A stretch of DNA of 64,000 nucleotides, from positions 3,472,001-3,536,000 of the forward strand of contig NW_026867487.1 in the NCBI RefSeq assembly GCF_020745735.1, given 5' to 3'. The stretch comes from Hemiscyllium ocellatum. Its lineage: Eukaryota. Below the pieces are notes generated by a model. The model was given only the letters and a program-made list of their open reading frames with translations. It searched no databases and had not been told where the DNA came from. Positions 1-10,594 of the stretch are shown piece after piece (the stretch's first letter is position 1; each line of letters starts with the position of its first letter). Made by a program: the position numbers and the translations under genes.

Positions 1-1422
1 GATAGGTTGTGTTCTGTAGAGGTTCTTTATTCTGTTTTTGTGGTTCACTGTGTCGTTTTGTGAGTAAATGTTTGTATGTTTTAAAATGTAGTTGTCAACC
101 TAGCTATCTTTCTCGCCGTACACTTACTGAACCAAAATGCAGAGTTATTGTCTGGGTCTGCCTGCTTAAGAATATTCCCAGTGGTCTGGCCTTATCCATA
201 ATTAGGCACTAAAAAACACAAAACATATTGGCACAATGAATCGCTTGATTTTTCTCTCCCTGCACCTTTTTTTATGATTCATGCAGCTCTAAGGCATAGC
301 ATAGACATCTGACACGAGGCAGGTAACGGTTCTGGAAACTTCCTTCAGCTCTTGGAAATGTAGAGTCAATGTTTGTAAATCTAATTCGCTCTTGTAACAT
401 GTGGGGTCCCTGGTTAAGCCAGCATTTATTACGTATCCCAAATAATCACATGGTGGTGAAGAGTTAGATTACCATATGTCTGAAGGTTTATGTAGGCCAG
501 ATCTGATAAAGATAGATTTCTTTCCCTGGCGGACATCATTACCGAAAATATTCATCACAACAATCGACAATGGTTATCATTGAACTCTTCGTGAATTATT
601 ATTCAAATACACAATACAGGAATTCAAAGCCTGTTCCACGGAACATGGGTCGTGCATCCTGTATTTCTGGATTAATAAACTAATGAGATTGTCCTCGCCA
701 TCGTCTCCTGTTTCCTAATCTGGAAGATGAGACGAAGGGAGGGAAACTACAGGCGGTGGTGTTTCCAATGCGTCTGTTGCCCTCATCCTCTCAGAGGGTA
801 GAGGAGACCCGTTTATAAAATGCTGTCTCAGTAGCCTTACAGTCAATCAGCCGCAACTCCTGTTGATGATACACACTGCAGTAGCTGCGCTACACCTTAA
901 AGAGGAGTTCATGGAGTTTGGCTGGAATGCCATCTGGAACAAAAGGCTGCAACTATGTGGCAAGATTGGAGAAACTGGGAGTCTTCTACATGAAAAACAG
1001 AGATCTACTGTGTATTTTATTCAAGTGCTGGGAAATTTTGACGAGTAAATTTCGCTTGTGTCGCTAAGTCAGTCAGATTGATTTGAGATAAATGGTACAG
1101 TAGAAGCAAGAACGTGAAACTTTATGCAGCTTATTGTGAGGATCAGGGATACAAGACCAAATTACTCGCAGAGAGGAAAAAACAATTAGAATGTAACAAT
1201 ATAAATGTATGTATAAAGAAGAGGAGAAACAGAACTGAATTTTCTGTGGAAATAGTCGAAGAGTGGGAATGATCGAGTTACAAATGAAAACAGCAGTCAG
1301 ACACCTGAAGAGCAGAACAATTTCCTGCTGTTATTTACAATATTGTGATTATTTGAGTTGCTGTCAATGGTGCATGTTTTGTAGCTTTGAGATGAGCAGA
1401 AAATAGTGCATTTCCTCTTTTG

Positions 1423-1461
1423 GGTTTTTGTGCAGGTTGGTAACTGATCTGACTCACTGTG
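1423..1461 (-). other. Recombination signal sequence, 23-bp spacer
   Basis: CACAGTG + 23 nt + ACAAAAACC (perfect consensus) directly after YYCAQQ. Confidence 0.97.
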
Positions 1462-1949
1462 TTGCTGTGCACAATAATATGTCGCACCATCTGACATTTT
1501 AAGTGTCTTGATATCCAGAGCGAAGATACTGTTTGAAAGGTCTTTGGAAGCAATAAATCGTTCTCTGATCTCTGGATGATAATTGCTGACGCTTTCACTG
1601 TAATAGTGAACTAACCACTGTGGGCTCTTTTCAGGACTTTGGCGATACCAATGCATACTATAGTCCTTCAGATTGAAACCGCTGGTTTTACAAGTCAGTT
1701 TCAGCGACTGTCCGGCGAACCCCGTCTCTGATTCTTTCTGAGCCAACACCACCTCAGACTGAGCACCTGTTAAATTAAAACAGCATTTATTAAACTGGTA
1801 TGACTGCCAATTGTGCACCTGTCATTGTGGTAGTGATTAACCGAGGAAAAAAACACACAGAGCCTCATTAAAATTCAAGAACAAAACAATTGGAGCTACT
1901 CACAGGATAAGAAAGCCAGAAGGAGAGCAAGGCGTCCTGCAATCAACAT
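1462..1949 (-). CDS. IgH-like V segment (TAILV-like), apparently functional; leader exon 1949-1904, V exon 1766-1462
   Basis: 46-nt leader MLIAGRLALLLAFLS, GTGAGT donor, 137-nt intron, AG acceptor. Open V exon EVVLAQKESETGFAGQSLKLTCKTSGFNLKDYSMHWYRQ...RFIASKDLSNSIFALDIKTLKMSDGATYYCAQ with Cys23/Trp41/Cys104. FR1 and FR3 resemble shark IgM VH (LTCKTSGF, RF.ASKD.SN.IF.L). Confidence 0.92.
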
Positions 1950-3210
1950 AATTTCTGGTGCCGTGTTAAATACGGCAGTCTGCTTTTCAGTCACTCACTG
2001 GCAAAGGCTTTTGTAGATCATTGATTTATGACCCTCAGTCAGACAAGCTTGTGATGCAGCAGGAAAAAAAAGGTGTGTGTTTTAGGATACACGTTATTGG
2101 TTGACTGAAATCGACGTATAGTATCAACAGATTTGGTTCTCTGCCTATTCAAAGGAAGGTTGTGCGGTAGCACCATCTCATTGTGAGCATGAGAGAGTTG
2201 AATGAATTTCCTGATGATTCATGTAGCAAGTTGGCAATGAGTAGCGTTTTGATGCTAATTTTAGGAAGTGCGTCATTCAGATAATTGATGGATTAGATGG
2301 CAAATGCCCTCTGAAACCATTGCCCCAGACTCTTCCAGAACTATTGTCATTTTCCCAGACTAAGAGAAACATCAACATTAAAAACAGTTCACTTGACGTT
2401 TCATGCCTGCTCTGACAATTTGTATGACGGTTGCTGACCATGTGCTTCAACGCCACATTCCCAGTCTCTCCCCATTTGTTGCCTGCTTTAATTTTTCAAG
2501 TCTAATTTTCTGCCCTTCCGTACTTGCCCACATTATGGACTTGTATAAATCTCTGCGAAGCCTTCTTGCATCAGCTTCACAATCCCAAACAATTATGCCT
2601 CGAAATAAAACGTCAGAAAAAATGTCTTGCATTTTGTTTACTCATTATGGTCATTTCTGATATCATGAATAGTGGGAGGGGAAAACACTAATTCTTGCAC
2701 ATTCCAACAAGTCAATGTCTGCCTTTGGAAATAAAAAAAACAACTAGTCCTAATATTTGTTTTCTGCCTATCAGTAATTGACAACAAATGCCAATACATC
2801 ATCCTTTAATTTTGTCCTATTAAGCAATCTCCTTTGACCGACATTATCTAAAGCTGTGTGTAAATCCAAATGCGCCATATCTCCTCGTTCTTTCTAATCT
2901 ATCTTACCAGTTACATTCTAAAAAGATTGTAGTTCATCTATTCAGAATTTCCAGGCATAAGGTATAAGCTATACCGCTTGTGTCTGACCCCATTAACATT
3001 ATTCAAAAGTTCTGCTCTCACGCTCTACCCACAGATGCGTGCAGGCCATAAAAGAATCGAGGATGACACAGGATAGAGTATTTTATCGGAAAGCAAACCC
3101 GATGTACAACAAAGGCCCACATAGAATTGTGGTGGCACTTCAATGTTATCTTTCCAAGGGGGAAGTTAGGTATATCCTAGGTATCTGAATATTTGCGGGT
3201 GTGCACGGTA

Positions 3211-3564
3211 GAGATTTCGAGGTTTGGACTTCTACAGAGAAGTAATTATCAGTAATATGTTCTGTAACAACATTGTGGTTGGTATCTTTGATCTTGATCT
3301 ACTCAAGAGGGGGCTGTGAGCACCAGAATAATGCATGGCTGCCGCATGCACGATCACAGATACATCGAGAATTCATCATGACTACATCTGTCTGAATATA
3401 CGAGAAGAATGATTTGGGACAGAATTGGACAAAAAGGGCAATTTTAAAATGTAAAGCAAGCATCAGTTTAAAATATGTTTTAAAAAAGAAGTTAAATGTA
3501 TTTCCTCTGTACTCTTCCTTTCAGAAGCACTTCCCAAACAATCCAAAATGCTGAGCATCCGCAT
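3211..3564 (-). pseudogene. Highly decayed TCR alpha/delta V relic (family of the 56.8/61.6 kb genes)
   Basis: Leader-like ATGCGGATGCTCAGCATT (MRMLSI, cf. MRLLSI at 61495) with a dead donor. Frameshifted V: NSV...IQTDVVMMNSRCICDRACGSHALFWCSQ...KDTNHNVVTEHITDNYFSVEVQTSKS. No YYC or RSS recognisable. Confidence 0.6.
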
Positions 3565-4841
3565 TAGGGCTGTCCTCTGGTTTCAAGGCACCCATTACCA
3601 AATCCCAAAATCAGTGAAAATGCTGTCGTGTTTCTAGGTTTTCCCAGCTTAGTGCTTTACGTAGGCGATGATACACTGAGGGCATGAGAAGGACGAGAGT
3701 AGATGGTCAATGAGTTGACACTGAATGATGTGAGCCAAAGTCACTCCCCTTAAAAGATAACTAGAACATTCTGATATGTGGCCTTCCATCCACTCTTGGT
3801 TTGAAATTACGCCGCTCCACTAATCTGCTGCAATTTGTGTAGTTACCAAGTTAATAGTGGCCACCAAATTAGCAATGCACGCAACACCGAGATTTTCACT
3901 GCACCTGAAATCCACGTGGTCCCAAAAGCAGCCTCCGCTCAAATTATTGAACCTTGAACCGCAATTCCAGCAACAATGAAGTCAGTGTCAACTTTTTGTC
4001 TTCGTTTCTCTGATAACATGTTTGCCTGTTTCCCATTTATCCTTGACTTCCATACCGTTTGTTGGTGCGCAGACTCAGAATAAAGAAGCAGTTAGCACCT
4101 TTTGATATGGAAGAGGTAGCCTCATTATCCAATAGTTCACACCAGCAAAGAACTCAAGCCTTTTAGCTCGACCGACAGGCGGATCTTCTCATGAAATAAA
4201 ACTAAAACTTAAAACCCTTCCAGGGTCTGTGTGAGACCTGATCTGCCGATTCACTATTCTTTTGCCTCATGTAACAGTACGTCCTCAGGTAAATTTCAAA
4301 AATTGATCACTCACAACCTGGCTGAAGGAAGCATACTGTTTGCAAGAAAAAAAAACTCTTTACAAGAAAAAAATCTCAAACACATATTTCTTGACGACAT
4401 AGTACCATCCCGGTATGGACATTGCAATTTCATTCGTCTGCACATAATCGAAAATGTTTTCTTTTGCCTGCCATTACACGTTCTCTATATTAATGCATTC
4501 ACTCCCTGCTTATGTATATATTGTGGCCCTACTTTGGGTATCACTTTTAGCAGTGTCCACCATATTTGCTGTCTTCTCTTACTTTTTGTCTGCACTCCAT
4601 GTCAAGTCACTATTCTTCCTAATAAAAAAGGAAAGTAGCCAAAAAAAAACCCCAGCGTAATTGGAAAGTATTGGTGTTTTGATAAATGACAGAATAATAA
4701 CGAAATTATAAATGTGATCATGAAATCGGGTTGGTGAGATAGGTTGTTTGGAGGAAAGTTCTACAACAATGTGGGTACAGTTCCTATGAGTCACGGTAAT
4801 AATGTGGGTACATTCCCTGTAGTGTCTGATATTAAAATTAA

Positions 4842-4972
4842 CATTCCAGATGAAAGATTTATGCACAAAACGTCGACTCTCCTGCTTCTCGGATGATTCC
4901 TGACTTGCTGTGATTTTCCAGAGTTCCGCCTTTTGACTATGATCTCTAGCATCTGCAATCCTTACTTTCTGC
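4842..4972 (+). mobile_element. Degenerate copy of the hammerhead-bearing short repeat
   Basis: ATTCCAGATGAAAGATTTATGCACAAAACGTCGACTCTCCTGCT...AGCATCTGCAATCCTTACTTTCT aligns to the 58039-58291 element; core mutated. Confidence 0.7.
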
Positions 4973-5225
4973 ATTGCAATGTGTATCCCGCCTTCTGAAC
5001 GTCGCCCACTGCCGACAGCGTGGTAACTGTCAGTTTAAACCATTGTTAATCAACATGCTCAGAATTGTTATTACAAAACTCTGGAGCCTCTGTGGTGTGA
5101 AAGATGCGTCACTAACCCTTCGTTAACCCTGACTTTAAAAATTAAAAATCGTCCACTTCTATGATGAGAAATCAGACCTCTTGGTAAACGAAAATTGTAC
5201 ATGTCATACAGTCATTGTACATGAC

Positions 5226-5444
5226 ATACAGTCATAGAGATGAACAGCACGAAAAGCACACTTCAGTCTAACTCGTCCTTGTCAATCAGATATCCTAACA
5301 TAATCACGCCCCATTTGCCAACACTTGGGTTTCAGCTCGAAACATTGACTTTCCTGCTGATCAGATGCGATCTGACATGCTGAGCTTTTCCAACTTCATG
5401 TCTATTCACTCTGAAGTCTAGCATCTACAGTCCTTACATTCTCC
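5226..5444. mobile_element. CR1 3' tail fragment (5226-5328) joined to a partial hammerhead-bearing repeat (5327-5444)
   Basis: CAGTCATAGAGATGAACAGC...GCCAACACTTGG matches the CR1 tail at 60651-60780, then switches to GTTTCAGCTCGAAACATTGACTTTCCTGCT...AGCATCTACAGTCCTTACATTCTCC. Confidence 0.6.
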
Positions 5445-6511
5445 AAAGACGGAATCTGTGATATTCATACTATTCTAGTTATGAACTTTATCACGATTTT
5501 GCAACAGATCCATTACTTTTCTAAGTATTTCGTTGTGCAGACAATAAGTTGAAATCAACACCATCCATTTCGACCTACGTCAAACACATAAAAATGTGTT
5601 TCAAGGCAGTGCAGTTATCTAACAGCCGACACGAGCTGTTGCTTTATGCCAGTAATGTTCCACCTGTCTCTTGTTGCTGATTGTCATGTCCAAGAAAATC
5701 TTCAGCAACAACCCTTAATAATTTGGTTTGATGAAATCATTTTCTGATCCGACCACTGCACATGGAAACATCACGTAAAGTTATTTGAAGGCCAAGAAAG
5801 AGTGGGCGCTTATTCTGAATGGCAAAATGCCATGAGTCACAATTACTTACAATATATATTTGGAACTTGCATCAGGGAAGTGAATGCACTTTCACCAGAT
5901 TGTGGATGACAATCTGCACAAGGATGTGGAAAGCATATTCGAGTTGGTTAAAAGTTAGAGGAATGGAAATTATGCAGGGAAATGTGAGTTGAGAATGTCA
6001 TCACGTGATCATCAGCAGAAAAAGCTATGAGACTGATGAGAAGCTATAATCAAGCACTTTGGGAATTCTTGTCAAGCTAGTTTAACCTCTAACCTAGCTT
6101 AAACTGTAGCCTGGAGATGTTGTGATGTGTTCTGCAAACCTTGAAACGAAGTTTCACGTGTTCACCAAATAAGAGCGATATCACACTGCTCTGCTGTACT
6201 TGCCTAATGACAACGATAGTATTTCACTGTTTACGACTTGGTGCAAACACTTGTGGGTTCTTTACCAGTAATCGAAAATGGCTGTGATCGAACATTGCGA
6301 ATAGATATTGGTAATTTCATTGAATGGGTGCTATAGACGTTTCTGAAAGTGATCACATTTTGTGATAAAAGTTAATAGAATGAAGCATTTTGCAGGGGGG
6401 AGACTTCCAGACCACATTTGTGAAGTATGTGTCACAACGTTATCTTCAGCAAAGATAAACAACAACAAGGCAGAGCTACAGCACGAGCACTTCACCTCAA
6501 TCCCTAGCACC

Positions 6512-6819
6512 TTAGATTAGATTACAGTGTGGAAACAGACCCTTCAGCCCAACAAGTCCACACCGACCTGCCGAAACACAACCCACCCATACCCTTACAT
6601 TTACCCCTTACCTAACACTACGGGCAATTTATCATGGCCAATTCACCTGACCTGCACATCTTTGGACTGTGGGAGGAAACCGGAGCACCCGGAGGAAACC
6701 CACGCAGACACGGGGAGAAGGTGCAAACTCCACACAGTCAGTCGCCTGAGGGGGGAACTGAACCCGGGTCTCTGGCGCTGTGAGGCAACAGTGCTAACCA
6801 CTGTGCTACCGTGCCGCCC
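6512..6819 (-). mobile_element. tRNA-derived SINE, HE1-type (elasmobranch)
   Basis: Head GGGCGGCACGGTAGCACAGTGGTTAGCAC (A box), B-box-like GGTTCAGTTCCC, conserved core GGGTTTCCTCCGGGTGCTCCGGTTTCCTCCCACAGTCCAAAGA, (TCTAA)n tail. Confidence 0.9.
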
Positions 6820-6831
6820 ACCTTGTTATGA

Positions 6832-7147
6832 TTTAGATTTAGATTGCCTACAGTGTGGAAACAGGCCCTTCGGCCCAATACGTCCACACCGACCCGCCAA
6901 AGCGCAACCCACCCATTCCCCTACATTTACCCCTTTTACCTAACTCTACTGGCAATTTAGCATGCCCAATTCATCTAACCTGCACACCTTTGTACTGTGG
7001 GAGTAAACCGGAGCACCCAGAGGAAACCCATGTAGACATGTGGAGAAAGTGCAAACTCCACACAATCAGTTGCCTAAGTCGGGAATTGAATTCGGGTCTG
7101 TAGCGCTGTGAGGCAGCAGTGCGAACCACTGTGCCACCGTGCCGACC
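6832..7147 (-). mobile_element. Second HE1-type SINE in tandem
   Basis: Same head, core and tail as 6512-6819, with independent substitutions. Confidence 0.9.
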
Positions 7148-7153
7148 ACAAAT

Positions 7154-7762
7154 GCACCAGGCCAGACCCCTCAAACATTCCAGGACGGTAGCACAGTCCC
7201 TAATTTAGCTTGTTGTTTTAAGCTGGTCTGTAGTGGATATTTGGGGAGAGATGCGGCTGGCCAAACCACTTAGTTTCAAACAAAACTGAATTTATTTGCA
7301 AGATTAACGAACGAAATACAAACAAATGGAATCGAATACTGAATAGATTACCCTCACCGAAAACACAACAGATTATATCATCTTAACGATACTGTTCCCA
7401 ACACTTACATCAGACCCCTAAATACCGTTTGGCACAAATGTTAAATTCAAACACAGGTCCATACAGTAGAGACGTCTGCGAGAGAGAGAGTATCAGACTG
7501 GATGTGCTTCTTTGGGTCCAGCAGCTTCTTCTTCACGGCCTCTAAAAACCCAAACCAAACCAGAGAAAGCTGAGCTAGGGGAACTGACCACTCGCCTTTC
7601 ATTGTACAAGTGTTCTTTATAAAACTTAAAAGCGTTCTGCCTCAGGCAGGTTTGATCAGGTATAATACCCTTGAACCCAAGACTTTTCGGTGTCTGTGTC
7701 TTTTACGAGGTCTCTTAAAAAAAAGGATACCATAACCTTGTTATAGGAGCAGCGTCGTCCCA
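7154..7762 (-). mobile_element. Probable solo LTR of a Gypsy-type element
   Basis: Minus strand has AATAAA and ends GAATGTTTGAGGGGTCTGGCCTGGTGCAT, matching the end of the LTR-like block at about 40940-40968 that follows a Gypsy RNase H. Boundaries approximate. Confidence 0.55.
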
Positions 7763-8280
7763 GCCTATTTCAAGCAAACCTATCGTGCTACAGTTAGAGG
7801 TAGGATTAAGTATAAAGGAAAGTGAAGTTAAATAAAGTGAGTTGAAGTTGAAGTTAATTTAAATGAATTTAGACGTAAATTTTACAAATAATACACGTTT
7901 TAGCTCCCAATGGTACTACTGGGTTAAACATCAATGAGTTAATTTGAATAAAATCGGGGTCGACTTCTTATCTTTTATCTGTCATGCAAGGGGAAACACT
8001 CATATTAAAATGATTTGTCTGCTACTTTCAGGCATCAAGAGAACAGAAGCAGCACTTTCACTAGGTTACCAGACAAATGTAGGGACGTGTATCAGGTTAA
8101 AACTAATGACTGTGTGTAAGTCATAGAGACAGAATACTTGAGCATGAATTTGAAACAGCAGACAGTGATATGAAAGGCCGAATGGTTTCCTCTCACTCTC
8201 TGTGACAATCTTAACTTGTGAGTTGCGGCCAATTGTGTGCATTGGGTGTTTGAGACACATTGGGTGTTTGTAGTCTTGTG

Positions 8281-8319
8281 GGTTTTTGTACAAATGTGCA
8301 ACTGATCTGTCTCACTGTG
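8281..8319 (-). other. RSS, 23-bp spacer
   Basis: CACAGTG + 23 nt + ACAAAAACC, perfect consensus. Confidence 0.97.
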
Positions 8320-8786
8320 CTCGCTGCGCACAATAGTACATCGCACTGTCTGACATTTTCAAAGTTCTGATTTCCAAAATAAAGATATTGTTTGAAAGGT
8401 CTTTAGATGCAATGACTCGTTCTCTGACGTCTGGCAGATATTCATTGATGCTTTCACTGTAGTACTCAACAAGCCATTCTGGACTCTTGCCGGAACTTTG
8501 TCGATGCCAGTACATTCTGGACCTGCGTAAATCGATTCCACTGGTTTTGCAGATCTGTCTCAGAGTTTGTCCAGCAATCCCTGTACTTGCCTTGGACTGA
8601 GTTAACAGCGCCTTCGACTTGACACCTAATAAGTTATGTAGCACAAATAAAACTGGCGTTACTTCAAGACATGTAAGTCTCCCCAGGGAGGGGATGAACA
8701 GTAAATCTAAAGTTATTAAAATTGTGTAAAAATTGAATTGAAGATAGTGAAGTAAGAACGAGAACAAGAGAGATCGCTGACACCAT
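8320..8786 (-). pseudogene. IgH-like (TAILV-like) V with intact V exon (8625-8320) but no leader splice donor
   Basis: Open V exon ALLTQSKASTGIAGQTLRQICKTSGIDLRRSRMYWHRQ...YYCAQR. Leader ATG at 8786 (MVSAISLVLVLTSLS) is followed by CAATTC where GT is expected after nt 46. The unspliced leader frame stops in the intron. Confidence 0.85.
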
Positions 8787-10594
8787 GCTTCCAGAGGTTG
8801 TGGTACATGAGAGAGTCTCCCTTCTAGTCACGCACTGAAAAGCAATTTGATGGATTGTTCCTCAATCGCAGGGTTTCATGAAATTGCAGAAGAAGAGGCG
8901 TGTTTGAGGACACATTTTATTGGTTGCATGCAGTCGACATCTGATAGAAATAGGCGAGTTTCTGACATCAGCCTTGTCCGTGTAGCAGCATTGCCTCATT
9001 GAGAACACAGTAGAATTGCCTGAAATGCGTGTCACTGCCTATCGTTCAGCAAGAAGCCAATTTGTTATCATTGTTCCTTGTCTGGCAACTCATACTTGAT
9101 TTCTGTAAATACATTATTCCTAATGTTATGTATTTCACTAATAGCTTTCCCAGGAGATTATCCAAAAAATTCTGAACTTTGAAATAGATCCAACCCCGGT
9201 TCTCATTCTACCATTCTTCTAGTTCGATTGTCAAATAAGAATACTTTAGTATGTTTGTTGAGTTGATTTGCTTTTCATAAACCCTTACTGGTTTTGTACC
9301 AAAAAAAATTAATAATTCTGAAATGCCTCGCTATCCAACTGTATGCACAGGTACATACAGCAGGCAACGAATCATGGAGGGCATTTGGACAGCTACTTTT
9401 GTAGCAAGTTATTGTGAAACAAAATAAACTACCTGATAGGACGCTGGATTCTTTCAAAATCCCGACACTGGGAGGAATGAGAGGGTGGGAGGCTTGGCGA
9501 TGAGTTTGAGAACAGGCAACGTAAATGCAGACCCAACTAGTCTCATCCCGTTTTATCTTATTCTCTTAGTTGAAGTCACCCATGTTCTGGAAGCAACTGA
9601 GCAGGAGTTCTTTATTCATTCTATTTTATCTGAGGCATTAGATTTGCATCTCCAGAAATTACATCAAATGCACAGGCTTTCCAAATACTGCAGCAGTTAT
9701 ACAAATTTTACAATAGATATTAATTCGAGAATATTGTGCACATATGAGTCTGTGTGACTGTGTGCAAGCGTATTCTTTCCTTTATCCCTCTCCGGGCATG
9801 TGAATATTTGCGCATCTGTGTGCACGTGTCTGTCTGCATCGGCATTTGAGGACATCAGTGTGTGTACACATGTGTATGCTATGTTCGTGTGGTGTTTGTA
9901 AGTGTATGCGTGCACTTTTATGTGCAACAGTAGATACTTTGTCTTTGACTGAATGAGAAAGATTCTGCCTGCTGCTTTCTTCTGCTTCTGTTTGAAGCAA
10001 TAAAATAGCACACTCTGTTGATGTTTCACCGCTACTGCAACTGTAATGGAGAAAACCACTGGCGATTCAGGCAGAGAGAAAGCAGCAGCAGGCAGCATAA
10101 TCCAAACTAACAGTAACATCAACATAGGGAACCAATGTGGATATTACGGGGTGGGGGGTCTGGTCAATTAGGGCACAAGTCCAATTTTCGCAGATCATGC
10201 AGAAAACATTCCAATGGCTTTGTTTAAGTCTGAAGTTATTCCAAGAAAATTCTGTATGGGGTCTCTGCACTGAGTAAAAGCTGAGAACCCACTCATTATT
10301 CTTTCTTAAAACAATAAATTTAATCAAATTACCAGGGAATGTGGGAACGAGAACAAGCACAGTTCTGGAAATCTGAGTCTCTAAATGATGATTGAGGAAA
10401 CATTTTGATGGAAGGGCCAGTCTGGCGTTCGCAGAATGAAACATTCAATTACAGTATGAGCACTGCATCAGTAAACACATTTACTCAGATTGCTACAGTC
10501 TCTGAGTCCACTTCTTCTTGTCAGTTATATCTAACTTCCATTCATTGAAGAATTGATCGATCTATCTGTTTATCTAGCTATCTGGAACTGAGAA

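Noticed and set aside
46-52. CACTGTG near a T-rich run, possible RSS
   Set aside because: No nonamer at 12 or 23 bp spacing and no V, D or J coding context.
8050-8280. Possible D segment downstream of the 8.3 kb IgH-like V (CACTGTC and CACAGTC on the minus strand)
   Set aside because: Neither heptamer-like word has a nonamer at 12 or 23 bp; the same holds downstream of the 1.5, 44.9 and 54.4 kb segments.
9697-10125. 142-aa ORF with a signal-peptide-like start (MLMLLLVWIMLPAAAFS)
   Set aside because: Runs into CA/TG simple repeat, has no domain motif and no splice or RSS context; more likely LTR-like or low-complexity DNA.
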